IMG/VR virus record: IMGVR_UViG_3300043932_000299
Coordinates: 1-43,152 of that record
Direction: 5' to 3' (one strand)
Length of the DNA: 43,152 bases
DNA from: a virus
Lineage: Duplodnaviria > Caudoviricetes
Shown here: piece after piece, positions 17,847-26,604 of the stretch
Layout of the letters: every line of letters starts with the position of its first letter
How positions within the stretch are numbered: position 1 is the first letter of the stretch
The notes under the pieces: generated by a model
The model's database searches: none
What the model was told of the DNA's origin: nothing
The model's input: only the letters and a program-made list of their open reading frames with translations
Translations under genes and position numbers: made by a program

Positions 17847-17959
17847 GTAACACCTCAGTTTATAGTCTCGGTGGACTGTGATTTCCGGGTTGTTCTTTAA
17901 GGACTGCAAGCAAGTAAAAAGTCCAATAATTTAATCATGAAAAAAGAGAACCCTTGTCA

Positions 17960-18238
17960 TTAAAGGATTCTCTTGAATTTAGATTTCAATTGAGAAAATA
18001 AGCGTTTATACAGTGGTTTCTTCTTGAATTGATAACCATCGCCATGAATTCTCTTATGCGGGTCCAGATGGTAACTTCTTGCAAGGAAGGTAATTGTCAC
18101 CTGTACATAAGGCCCGGTAATCTTTGCTTTCGTGGTAGTGTTCCCATCTTCATCAAGAAGAATACCAGGAACTTCCTTCCCATCAATAAACAAGCTATCG
18201 GCGTACTCCTTGACATTAGGCACTTTTGGATCAGTCAT
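17960..18238 (-). CDS. Hypothetical protein
   Basis: GGAGG RBS before ATG at 18238; in head operon. Confidence 0.7.
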   Translation of the reverse strand: MTDPKVPNVKEYADSLFIDGKEVPGILLDEDGNTTTKAKITGPYVQVTITFLARSYHLDPHKRIHGDGYQFKKKPLYKRLFSQLKSKFKRIL

Positions 18239-18255
18239 CTTCGTCCCCTCCAAAA

Positions 18256-18287
18256 TAAAAAGCATTCAGGCAATTTGTCTGAATGCT
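18256..18287 (-). terminator. Terminator-like hairpin after MuF and small partner gene
   Basis: AGCATTCAGAC-AAATT-GCCTGAATGCT followed by TTTTATTTT on the minus strand. Confidence 0.7.
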
Positions 18288-18486
18288 AATACCAATTCCC
18301 GTCATCTTTGTAACGTATTGGTTGATTATTCTTAACAGCGTCTTTCAATTCTCCAGTAGTATGCGGCATAAAACCCATCATAACTGGCTCTTGAAATTTT
18401 AGTGAATATTCTACCATTGCTTTGTAAAATTCAGGCGAGCTTTTGTAGTCGGAGTATTCATCTTCCCAATACTTTCTATTGTGCAT
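18286..18486 (-). CDS. Small protein, candidate MuF-toxin immunity protein
   Basis: Starts 1 nt after the MuF stop; AGGAG RBS; 66 aa. Confidence 0.6.
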   Translation of the reverse strand: MHNRKYWEDEYSDYKSSPEFYKAMVEYSLKFQEPVMMGFMPHTTGELKDAVKNNQPIRYKDDGNWY

Positions 18487-18487
18487 A

Positions 18488-20431
18488 TTAATTTTCTCCT
18501 TTGACTATGTCATCTACCATTTGAAAATATATTTTAGCACTTTCCGGGAACATTTCTTTGATTGCTGACAGTGAAGCAGGATTATTGATGACTGCTGACG
18601 TCATTTCAGCAAAGAATTCCCTTTCTTGAGTCCCTTGACGACTGTAATAATTACCATCATGTCCATATCCGAATTTAACTTTGCCACCACTGGCAGCTTG
18701 AATCATATCGGATACATCACCATATTTAATATAGCCACTCTGGGAAATCTTAGCCTTAAAATCGCTTATGAAATTCATTACACCAATCTGTTTAGCAGTT
18801 GGCAAACTAATTTTGGCACTTTTAGTTCGCTTAATAACAACTGAGCCATATCTCTCTTGCCCTGCAACAATACGAATGTCATTTTCATTGATACCATTTT
18901 TCTGAACAGCATCAACATATTTATTTACCCTATCGCGCAATTCGTTGTTTAAGGTGTAGCCCAATTGATACTTAGACAATGTACTGATTGAATTAGGAGT
19001 AACTTCTGCTGAATATGCTTGATTATCAATATAATGGCCGAACTCGTGGAAAATGACATCTAGTGGATTGTGGCCTCGACCGTTATCGCCTCGCCCATAT
19101 ATATTAGCCCTAGACATGACAACGGTCTTATCTCTTGGTGAATATTGATTAGCACCATCTTCACTGATACCTTTAATCTTCATGCCATCAGAATACTTTA
19201 TCCACATCTTTTGGATGCTTGTTGGTGCACTATCAAGTCTTTGTGCAACTCTTTCAGCAGTATTGTTGCCTAACTTCTCAACAATATTAGGATTCAAGTA
19301 TTTATCAACCAGTTCAGAATCTCCCTGACCAGATTGATTGCTTACTGGTTTTCCATTGCTATTATTGGCCCCACCAGTCGATGGATTTGTGAGGGCCTGC
19401 CCTAACGCACTTATAGCTTCAAGATGTTTGCGACGCTTGTCAACGTCTAAATTGTCTTTATCTTTTACCCATGTAGGGCTAATTGAGCAACGACAATTAG
19501 GGTGCACTGGTATCTGAGGCACCTTGCTAATCTTATAAACACCTTCGCCATATCCATTATCAGCATGATAAATCCTTGAACATTCGGCACAGGCCTTGGG
19601 TTCCGCAAACCATTTGATGAAACGATACCCGTTTTTAGAAATCTGATTCATCTGAGCCTTGAACTGCACTCTAGCCGATTCAGTTCTAGCAATTCGTTCG
19701 GTAACGTAGCCCTGGTTCTTAACCGTGTTCCTAACTTGTTCACGAAGCCGTGTTGCCATTTTTCTAGGGCTATCGCCTCTGACTATACCCGAAGTAATCA
19801 CTTCGTCTAGCCGTGCTTTGAGGACATCCTGGTTGGCCCAGATACGTTTACTGAATGTTGACGAATTAGTCTGTGCCATGACAACCTTTGCGACTTCTTT
19901 GTTAGTCCACATTGACGGTTGAGCACTAACACCAAGAATACCAGCTTGGCGCTTAACCTCACTAATATAATCATCGGTTAGCTTTTCACGCATTGCATTG
20001 TCAACCTTCATACCAGAACGAACCATCTCAAGGCCGACTTGCGATTTGAGATATTCCAAACGGTTAATCCTCATTGTCGCATTGTAAACTCTCAGCCTGG
20101 TATTGACCTCATCACTGAAATCAGCATAGGTAACTTTATGACCTGCTTTACGCATTTCTGCCGCTTGTCTAACCATCTTGGCTGCTTCACTTTGGTAGGC
20201 TTCCACATCCATCTGACTAACAGCTTCTCGACTAATACCACGCTTAGCTAATGATTCATAGTTAGATTCAATTTCATTATTGATGTTGGCAATAGCTTCA
20301 TCATAATATGACTGAAGCCTAGCATTAAACTGCTCATCGTTGGCTAGGTTTTGAGCTATCCAAGCCGCTTCCGCCTTGTCCCGGTTGGCCCAATAGTCCT
20401 CGTTTCTCCGATTCTTCGGTATTCTCGCCAT
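18488..20431 (-). CDS. MuF/SPP1 gp7-like minor head protein with C-terminal zincin metallopeptidase extension
   Basis: RIARTE, ACAEC, PVHPNCRC MuF motifs; ~320-aa extension with HEFGH and EFFAE. Confidence 0.88.
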   Translation of the reverse strand: MARIPKNRRNEDYWANRDKAEAAWIAQNLANDEQFNARLQSYYDEAIANINNEIESNYESLAKRGISREAVSQMDVEAYQSEAAKMVRQAAEMRKAGHKVTYADFSDEVNTRLRVYNATMRINRLEYLKSQVGLEMVRSGMKVDNAMREKLTDDYISEVKRQAGILGVSAQPSMWTNKEVAKVVMAQTNSSTFSKRIWANQDVLKARLDEVITSGIVRGDSPRKMATRLREQVRNTVKNQGYVTERIARTESARVQFKAQMNQISKNGYRFIKWFAEPKACAECSRIYHADNGYGEGVYKISKVPQIPVHPNCRCSISPTWVKDKDNLDVDKRRKHLEAISALGQALTNPSTGGANNSNGKPVSNQSGQGDSELVDKYLNPNIVEKLGNNTAERVAQRLDSAPTSIQKMWIKYSDGMKIKGISEDGANQYSPRDKTVVMSRANIYGRGDNGRGHNPLDVIFHEFGHYIDNQAYSAEVTPNSISTLSKYQLGYTLNNELRDRVNKYVDAVQKNGINENDIRIVAGQERYGSVVIKRTKSAKISLPTAKQIGVMNFISDFKAKISQSGYIKYGDVSDMIQAASGGKVKFGYGHDGNYYSRQGTQEREFFAEMTSAVINNPASLSAIKEMFPESAKIYFQMVDDIVKGEN

Positions 20432-21809
20432 TGTTACCACCCTTCAAAATATCCGTTGCACTAGCTTGATTCTTAACGGCATTCTTGATCTTGTCTTCCT
20501 GTTCATCTTGCATTCGCTTGATTTCAGCTTTAGGATCATCAACGAATGGAAGCAATCCCAACTGAGTTTCCTTGGAAACAATTCCTTCAACAGCGGAAGC
20601 GGCTTGCACCTCGCTGGCAATATCTTCTGGAATGTTCTGGTTAAAGTGGAAATTGAGGTCTTGCTTGATCTTGTCACCATCATCAACCGTGCCGATAATC
20701 TGGCCCAACCCTAACAGAGCACCGAGCAGATTACGCAGGGCAATGGTAAACTTCCGTACCTCAAAGGCCGCCTGATTTTGCATTGCCAGGAGTTTATAGC
20801 GGATTGCCACACCAGAACTGTTACCACTAAATGCCTCATCGCTCAGGTTAGCCACCATTGCGGTTTGGAAAATGTCGTCCTTCAACCTGTTCAGCATATT
20901 TTCCTGCATGGTGTCCCCATCAGGCTTTGATAAGAACTCAATCTTACCCTTGGAACTATCGAAGCTCGGAGCATAGATGACCTTGTTCTTGTCAATATCA
21001 AGGACCGGGTCCCCATTCTTATCCTTTTTAAGGTTGATACCCAGAATAGCCAGATAAGCGGCATCAAAGTAAGCTACTTGGTTAGCTTTCTGGCTGAACG
21101 CACTATCATAGGCTTCCACCAAAGTCTTGATCTTGCCAACCAACGAGAGCCGCTCATCATTCGCCACAAACTCAATCGCCGGGACCGCACCAAATGGCTT
21201 GCTATCTTTATCCCCAGTGAAGCCAGAACTAGTGAATGGCTGTATCCCATCGGCATTGTACAAGTCACCCTGCAACTGGTTATTGAAATAGCTGTACCGT
21301 ACAAATGCTAACGGCTTCCGGTTAATCGAAGTATCATAAATCATAAAGCCAGAGCTCGGTTCCACCACCGCAACTCTGGTTTTTGAAGTTTCATCTTGAT
21401 AGCCCAGCATATATGAACAGCCATAGATGGCAACCTGCTTGGTAACCTCGGCCAGCTTATCAATAAAGCTGTTCTCACTGAACCAGTTTTGTAATTGCTG
21501 GTTACTTGCTTCCTCGTCTAAGGTAATCTTGGGCGGCTTTCCGATGAAGTAGCCCACGTAAGTATCGACTACATAATTAGCCCAGTTGCTGACCAGACGG
21601 TTATCGGGGCGGGCTGATTTTGGGTCAGCTGGATTTTTTAGAATTGCATGATCACCGGTGTATAGGTCGTACAATTCCTTGAACTTCCTAGCACGTCCTT
21701 CATTATGAGTGATAAAAGACTTAACACTCGGCCAGTCTAGCTCTTTGCCAGCATAAAGATACGACCCGTTCTTAGTAACGTAATCATCTCCGCTGATAAC
21801 ATCTGCCAT
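20334..21809 (-). CDS. Portal protein (SPP1 type)
   Basis: NWANYVVDTYVGYFIGKP, FSGNSSGVAIRYKL, SKETQLGLLPFVDDP motifs. Confidence 0.93.
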   Translation of the reverse strand: MADVISGDDYVTKNGSYLYAGKELDWPSVKSFITHNEGRARKFKELYDLYTGDHAILKNPADPKSARPDNRLVSNWANYVVDTYVGYFIGKPPKITLDEEASNQQLQNWFSENSFIDKLAEVTKQVAIYGCSYMLGYQDETSKTRVAVVEPSSGFMIYDTSINRKPLAFVRYSYFNNQLQGDLYNADGIQPFTSSGFTGDKDSKPFGAVPAIEFVANDERLSLVGKIKTLVEAYDSAFSQKANQVAYFDAAYLAILGINLKKDKNGDPVLDIDKNKVIYAPSFDSSKGKIEFLSKPDGDTMQENMLNRLKDDIFQTAMVANLSDEAFSGNSSGVAIRYKLLAMQNQAAFEVRKFTIALRNLLGALLGLGQIIGTVDDGDKIKQDLNFHFNQNIPEDIASEVQAASAVEGIVSKETQLGLLPFVDDPKAEIKRMQDEQEDKIKNAVKNQASATDILKGGNNGENTEESEKRGLLGQPGQGGSGLDSSKPSQR

Positions 21810-21820
21810 TGTTCCACCTC

Positions 21821-23050
21821 CTAGATGTAACGAGAACTCAGGAACTCAATATCGTTGTCCTTGTGCTCGTTGTAAATTGCATAACGCATGGAATCCATTA
21901 CATCATCATTTTCCTTTTTCGGTTCACCAGTGTTATCGTCCCAGACGTATTGATAAATCTCACTAGTGAACTGGTCAATCGCCGAATCAACCACGAAGAA
22001 CTTCCCCAGCTTCATGAACTCGGCTACTCGTTCCACACCGGCCATGCGACTCTTGTCAGCGTTAATGGCATTGATGTCATTGCGCTGGAACTCGGACACA
22101 TTATCAGGCCGGGCCGAATCAACCCAGAAGTTAATGTTATAGCCGTAGCGCTTCTGAATATCCTTGGCAACACGAACCCAGTAATCAATGTACTTGTACT
22201 GACTGGTATGTTCCTCCAGCATGTAGATATTGCCATCGTCATCATCACCCCAGACAGTAATGACGCCCTTGTGCTCGAATCCCCAGTCAACACCGCAATA
22301 AATGTGCAGGTCATCTGGGACTTGTTCCTGGTTAATAATCATGGTCCGCTGGTCAAAGTCACGGTAGACGATTCCATCACCTGACACCCATAATCCTAGA
22401 ATTTCTCGATCATAGAACATTCCCGTTGGTGTCTGAGCTTTCTTCTGCTTAACATAATCTGGCGCAAGAAAAGTATTATCGTCCATCGTAAAACGAAAGG
22501 TCACGGTTTTATCATCAGGATCGTCATTGTCAATGTAATCCTTCTTCAACCAATGCTGTGGATTATCTGGGTTGGTATCGCAAATCACATGAGAACCAGC
22601 TTTTGAACATCGACTAAGAATTTCTGAAAAGACTTTCTGGTTAGCCAACGACGCTTCATTTACGTATGCGCCATAGGCAGTAAAACCACGGGCGCCAGCC
22701 AACCCTCGAATTGAATCGGTATAGACTGGGGTAATATCCACTCCGTAAAGATGGTAGTGGTTATGTCTATCCGGTCGGAGGTCGATACCAAACTGATTGC
22801 TTAACGAGGCAATTACGTTATTGTAGATAGAACCAGAAGAAGCACCCGCCAAAATAAATTGGGGATGCTTCTCGTCTTCTAGTTTTGCCTGTTCTTTCAC
22901 TCTCCGTAATTCGTACAAGAACAACAGATTGTCAATGAAAGTTTTCCCTGAACGAACTGCACCGGTTAAGATCATGGTTTTAAAGTCACCTTCAAGGTAA
23001 GTGTGCAGGACCTCCTGTTGTTTAGCTGTCAGCAGATTGTTCAGTCCCAT
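21821..23050 (-). CDS. terL: Terminase large subunit (PBSX family)
   Basis: Walker A GAVRSGKT; DTNPDNP; nuclease GVDWG and DDVMDSMRYA. Confidence 0.95.
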   Translation of the reverse strand: MGLNNLLTAKQQEVLHTYLEGDFKTMILTGAVRSGKTFIDNLLFLYELRRVKEQAKLEDEKHPQFILAGASSGSIYNNVIASLSNQFGIDLRPDRHNHYHLYGVDITPVYTDSIRGLAGARGFTAYGAYVNEASLANQKVFSEILSRCSKAGSHVICDTNPDNPQHWLKKDYIDNDDPDDKTVTFRFTMDDNTFLAPDYVKQKKAQTPTGMFYDREILGLWVSGDGIVYRDFDQRTMIINQEQVPDDLHIYCGVDWGFEHKGVITVWGDDDDGNIYMLEEHTSQYKYIDYWVRVAKDIQKRYGYNINFWVDSARPDNVSEFQRNDINAINADKSRMAGVERVAEFMKLGKFFVVDSAIDQFTSEIYQYVWDDNTGEPKKENDDVMDSMRYAIYNEHKDNDIEFLSSRYI

Positions 23051-23534
23051 GCTTCTGATCCTCACTTTCGACTTTATCCATCAATTTATCCAGCAATAAT
23101 TCCATATCCTGACCGTTATCCTCCATCGCCTTTGCACGGGCTTCAGCAACCCGAGCGTCAGCATTAGCTTTCCGAATCCGTGCCTTATCCAGCTCAGGAG
23201 TGCTATTATCAGATAATATACCGGAAAGCTTCAAAATTGAGTTGGCGGCTTGAAGCTGAACCATTTCGGATTTTGCTTCCATCAATTTGTTCAGTTTCTT
23301 AATCGCGTTGCTTTCATAATCATGTTTGATAACAACATACTTATAAGCGATTTGTCCTTTTTTGAATTTAGGGTCGTTTTTCCATTTTGCAAGGGTTCGC
23401 CTAGTTCGATTCACTTTTTTTGCTATCTGTTCATCAGTTAATTCATCTTCAAATAGCATGACGATAGCTTCACGACGTGGTTTATCTAGCGCATAGAAAT
23501 CTGTATATTGTGAACTTTTGTGAATCTCCGTCAT
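23022..23534 (-). CDS. terS: Terminase small subunit
   Basis: N-terminal HTH (TDEQIAKKVNRTRRTLAKWK), SEMVQLQAA; overlaps terL start. Confidence 0.85.
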   Translation of the reverse strand: MTEIHKSSQYTDFYALDKPRREAIVMLFEDELTDEQIAKKVNRTRRTLAKWKNDPKFKKGQIAYKYVVIKHDYESNAIKKLNKLMEAKSEMVQLQAANSILKLSGILSDNSTPELDKARIRKANADARVAEARAKAMEDNGQDMELLLDKLMDKVESEDQKHGTEQSADS

Positions 23535-23704
23535 GTCATCTCACCACACCTCCGTTTAGAGTTGTCCAAACTAAAAGCCGACACACTCTTAGAATATGTC
23601 GGCTTATGCTTGCTATGTAATTTTTCGTATGTATGCTGGGCCCGAACCAGCATTTGGTGCTCTTGCCAACTGCTGACCAAGCCGTACTGTTTCGTATTTC
23701 GCAT
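23531..23704 (-). CDS. Small hypothetical protein upstream of terS
   Basis: GGAGG RBS before ATG at 23704; ATGA overlap with terS. Confidence 0.6.
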   Translation of the reverse strand: MRNTKQYGLVSSWQEHQMLVRAQHTYEKLHSKHKPTYSKSVSAFSLDNSKRRCGEMT

Positions 23705-23747
23705 TATTCCTCCAAACAAAAAAGCCAGCACTAGGCTGACTAAGAAA

Positions 23748-24170
23748 TTAATCGAATGAAAATTTTGGATGCTTTGAACCAAACGCTTTAATTGCTTCTT
23801 TAATTGCATTCATTAACAACAGGATATCTTTATTCCTTGTTAAATCTTTTACCGATTTCTTATCATATAGTTTTCCTGATACTTTCACTCCTGTAGCTTT
23901 CGCAGTTTCATATATAAAACTACTTATAAATATCAAAAAAGTTTGAAATTCAAACAAATAGAGGATTAATATTGTTTTTATACCTTTCCAATTTTTATTT
24001 TTAATACATGTTTTTATTGCATTTTTAAAAACTTTTAATAGTATTAAAAAAGTTATAACAGATTCTAAAAATGACAATTTAATTCCGTTTTCTAAAAAAG
24101 TAATAAATATATCTAATATACGTAAGAAGAAAGCAATAATTGAACTTATAAATATCACTAAAAATATCAT
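23748..24170 (-). CDS. AT-rich moron membrane protein
   Basis: About three hydrophobic segments, AAGGAGG RBS, very low GC. Confidence 0.7.
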   Translation of the reverse strand: MIFLVIFISSIIAFFLRILDIFITFLENGIKLSFLESVITFLILLKVFKNAIKTCIKNKNWKGIKTILILYLFEFQTFLIFISSFIYETAKATGVKVSGKLYDKKSVKDLTRNKDILLLMNAIKEAIKAFGSKHPKFSFD

Positions 24171-24202
24171 TGCAATCCCTCCTTAATCTAATGCCCTAAA
24201 AA

Positions 24203-24661
24203 TCAGGAAGACTTTGTTGGATTTTTCTTTTTATTCTTAGAAAGCTTCTTACCTGTTTCTTTTGAAGCCTGCTTTATGCTTTCTTCAAGTTCCATTCGAG
24301 TAGTAGCAAATGCAGTGATGAATACACAGTACAAACAAGTATAGCTAACAACAACTGTATATATTTCTCGTAAATCTAATAAAGTTATATGCTTTGATAG
24401 AATGCCATTACTATCATCAAAGAGGACTATAACAGCTACAATCCAGATAGCATATTCAGAGAACAACCTTAATTTTCTAACAAAACCTTTCTCCCATCTT
24501 TTTCGCAAACGCAACCCAGTAATTGCTAGCATATTAGATACTAAAAACATTAAAATAGTTAAATCTATACTAGAAATAGAGGTTATACTAAAAATATTTA
24601 TTACTGTCAAAATCGCAGTGGCAATACTAAAAATTCTTTTAAAATCCCTTAGTTCTAACAA
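24203..24661 (-). CDS. AT-rich moron membrane protein (about 4 TM, basic C-tail)
   Basis: Four hydrophobic segments; TTG start; low GC. Confidence 0.7.
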   Translation of the reverse strand: MLELRDFKRIFSIATAILTVINIFSITSISSIDLTILMFLVSNMLAITGLRLRKRWEKGFVRKLRLFSEYAIWIVAVIVLFDDSNGILSKHITLLDLREIYTVVVSYTCLYCVFITAFATTRMELEESIKQASKETGKKLSKNKKKNPTKSS

Positions 24662-24689
24662 TTAATTAACAACCCCAAGCTTTATCTTT

Positions 24690-24733
24690 AACATTGACTA
24701 CTATAGTCTTTAAAGACTATAGTAGTCAATGTT
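24690..24733. repeat. Perfect 44-bp spacerless palindrome containing TTGACT-N18-TATAGT on both strands
   Basis: AACATTGACTACTATAGTCTTT|AAAGACTATAGTAGTCAATGTT. Confidence 0.95.
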
Positions 24734-24760
24734 TCCTTATAAAAATTATATTTTTCTTAT

Positions 24761-24795
24761 AAAAAGAAGTCTAGCACTTATAGCTAGACTTCTTT
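24761..24795. terminator. Bidirectional intrinsic terminator
   Basis: AAAAGAAGTCTAGC-N7-GCTAGACTTCTTTT. Confidence 0.8.
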
Positions 24796-24829
24796 TGGGA
24801 GATTAATATATGAATATCGAATCATTCGA

Positions 24830-24890
24830 CAATATCATTATCATATTTTTATCAAGGATTGCTCATTCAACAATTGCCCATCAATTTATC
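24830..24890 (-). promoter_or_regulatory. Probable late promoter with activator-binding direct repeats
   Basis: ATG(G/A)GCAAT repeats at 24873-24881 and 24858-24866 directly downstream of arpU, followed by a GATAAT -10-like box. Confidence 0.5.
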
Positions 24891-25347
24891 ATTCCTCATC
24901 TGGATAAACATGTAAGTCATCTATTTCGGTATGAATTCCATGTTTAACTAATTGGAATTCAAAACGATCAGCGAATTCACATAATGCTTTTTCTTGCTTT
25001 CGACTATATGTTGATGAACTAATGCTTAATTCCCTGGCAATATTGTACGTCAACATCTGATCTGAGTAACGACTTAATAATATCCGTTGCGATTCCTTTG
25101 TCATGTTCCGCATTGCACAGCCCACACAATCTACTACTTCTTCTGCCAGCCAAATGTTTAGCATTCGGCTTTCACTCCCATTACCATGACTAGGTGCTTT
25201 GGGCATTCCGTCCATACTGGGTGACTTCAAATCAAACCGCTGTTTCCCGGATAAAGCCAGATAGCGATCCAACTTAGTATTCAGAAAGTCAGTCACCTTT
25301 TTAGCCGTCTTTGGATAGTCAATTTCTAAGTTTAAACTCATCTGCAT
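24889..25347 (-). CDS. arpU: ArpU-family late transcriptional regulator
   Basis: LKSPSMDGMPK motif; C-terminal sigma4-like HTH ...KALCEFA. Confidence 0.9.
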   Translation of the reverse strand: MQMSLNLEIDYPKTAKKVTDFLNTKLDRYLALSGKQRFDLKSPSMDGMPKAPSHGNGSESRMLNIWLAEEVVDCVGCAMRNMTKESQRILLSRYSDQMLTYNIARELSISSSTYSRKQEKALCEFADRFEFQLVKHGIHTEIDDLHVYPDEE

Positions 25348-25427
25348 GATGTCCCCTCACTATCTGGTATAATTAATATGACTGTTGGTAATGAGAGGCA
25401 CATCTACAAGGTGTGTCTTTTTTAGTT

Positions 25428-25565
25428 TCATACAACAACAAAAATAAAGTTCAGTACACCTGCCACCAGCTCAGACACTAGCCACCAGCCGAATATGCCA
25501 ATTAGAACTAGCAGCATCGCAATCCAGATGATGGTGATGCCCACAATCATGATTCGCTCAAACAT
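25428..25565 (-). CDS. 45-aa hydrophobic membrane peptide
   Basis: Not in ORF track; MFERIMIVGITIIWIAMLLVLIGIFGWWLV...; GGAGG RBS; overlaps upstream gene stop. Confidence 0.65.
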   Translation of the reverse strand: MFERIMIVGITIIWIAMLLVLIGIFGWWLVSELVAGVLNFIFVVV

Positions 25566-25755
25566 GATTCGCCTCCAAACTCAAAAAACTTGGTTCAATT
25601 GGAACCGGGCCAAAACGGTTATTGAGTGACCGACGCTGTACTATTGCAACATCACCTGTCGTGCTCTGCTTACAGCAAATGATGTCGTAGCAGTCACCCA
25701 TGTAATAGACCGGTTGTTTGTTTTCCATAGCCTTAATGGCTTCTTCAATCGTCAT
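25558..25755 (-). CDS. Hypothetical phage early protein
   Basis: MTIEEAIKAM start, AGGAGG RBS. Confidence 0.7.
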   Translation of the reverse strand: MTIEEAIKAMENKQPVYYMGDCYDIICCKQSTTGDVAIVQRRSLNNRFGPVPIEPSFLSLEANHV

Positions 25756-25845
25756 CTTTCGCTACCTCCTAAGAGACGGCCACACATGGGGCAGTAGCCT
25801 AACTGTTTGCCATCGTTACCGTCACCATCTGTACTCGTGCAGCAT
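25752..25845 (-). pseudogene. Remnant of small zinc-ribbon gene
   Basis: RBS plus ATG gives only MLHEYRW; another frame ends GYCPMCGRLLGGSER, a typical phage Zn-ribbon C-terminus. Confidence 0.5.
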
Positions 25846-25857
25846 TAGTCGTCCTCC

Positions 25858-26052
25858 TTAATCCACGTCATCAAAGACTTCCGTAATACTATCAATCGAA
25901 GCAATCGGGATAATGACCCGTCTGCCGTTCAAGTTAGTACCAATGAGCACCACTGTCCCAGCATGATCCAGGGGCCGCCTGGCTTCCTGATACGTCGTTT
26001 TCAGCTTGTGAGTCTCTCCACTAATTGTTTGAACTTTAATCAACTTCATCAT
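25858..26052 (-). CDS. Hypothetical protein
   Basis: Operonic, start coupled to the upstream stop. Confidence 0.65.
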   Translation of the reverse strand: MMKLIKVQTISGETHKLKTTYQEARRPLDHAGTVVLIGTNLNGRRVIIPIASIDSITEVFDDVD

Positions 26053-26255
26053 TATCCTTTCTCATCCGACCAGCCGACTAAGTAAGCCGGGCTGACGTGC
26101 AGTGCAGAAGCAAGGCATTCCCATACTTCCAGTGTGGGTTCACGCAAGCTTTTTTCATAATTGGATATCGTATTATCAGCAAACCCTACTTGGTTTCCCA
26201 GCTCTGCCTGGCTCATCCCCGCCGCTTTCCGGCACTCTCTAATTCGATTTTTCAT
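26052..26255 (-). CDS. XRE-family HTH regulator
   Basis: MKNRIRECRK..GMSQAELG...TISNYEK..REP; AGGAGG RBS. Confidence 0.88.
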   Translation of the reverse strand: MKNRIRECRKAAGMSQAELGNQVGFADNTISNYEKSLREPTLEVWECLASALHVSPAYLVGWSDEKG

Positions 26256-26604
26256 CGTTGGCCTCCTTAAACCCATATCCTACTAATTCCTTGTCAATAA
26301 TCTTCAGAGCATCATCCACGCTCCTAGCAATTCCATGGATAATGTGGTGGCTAGCTAACATTTTATGGAACTGAATTTGGTCCGCACGTGGCCGACCTTT
26401 AGCATTCTTAATTTCCAAGTAAAATACCTTGCCATTGGACCACTTGAATCCGTACAGATCTGGGTGGCCTTTTGGCAGCCCGGTATCAAACCATCTGCCA
26501 TCGGCCGTTTTAACCTTACCCACGTTGCTACGAAAGATACTGCAATGATGTTGGGACACGGCTACTAGGATGGCTGATTGAATCTGGTGTTCACTCTCTT
26601 TAAT
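26239..26604 (-). CDS. VRR-NUC domain nuclease (resolvase-like), probable ATT start
   Basis: ESEHQIQ, GHPDL, YLEIK, RADQ motifs; GAGGTG RBS 7 nt before ATT. Confidence 0.85.
   Translation of the reverse strand: MKESEHQIQSAILVAVSQHHCSIFRSNVGKVKTADGRWFDTGLPKGHPDLYGFKWSNGKVFYLEIKNAKGRPRADQIQFHKMLASHHIIHGIARSVDDALKIIDKELVGYGFKEANDEKSN

Noticed and set aside
23700-24890. Phage-encoded tRNA in the arpU-terS interval
   Set aside because: No cloverleaf or GTTCGA T-arm with a matching acceptor stem was found
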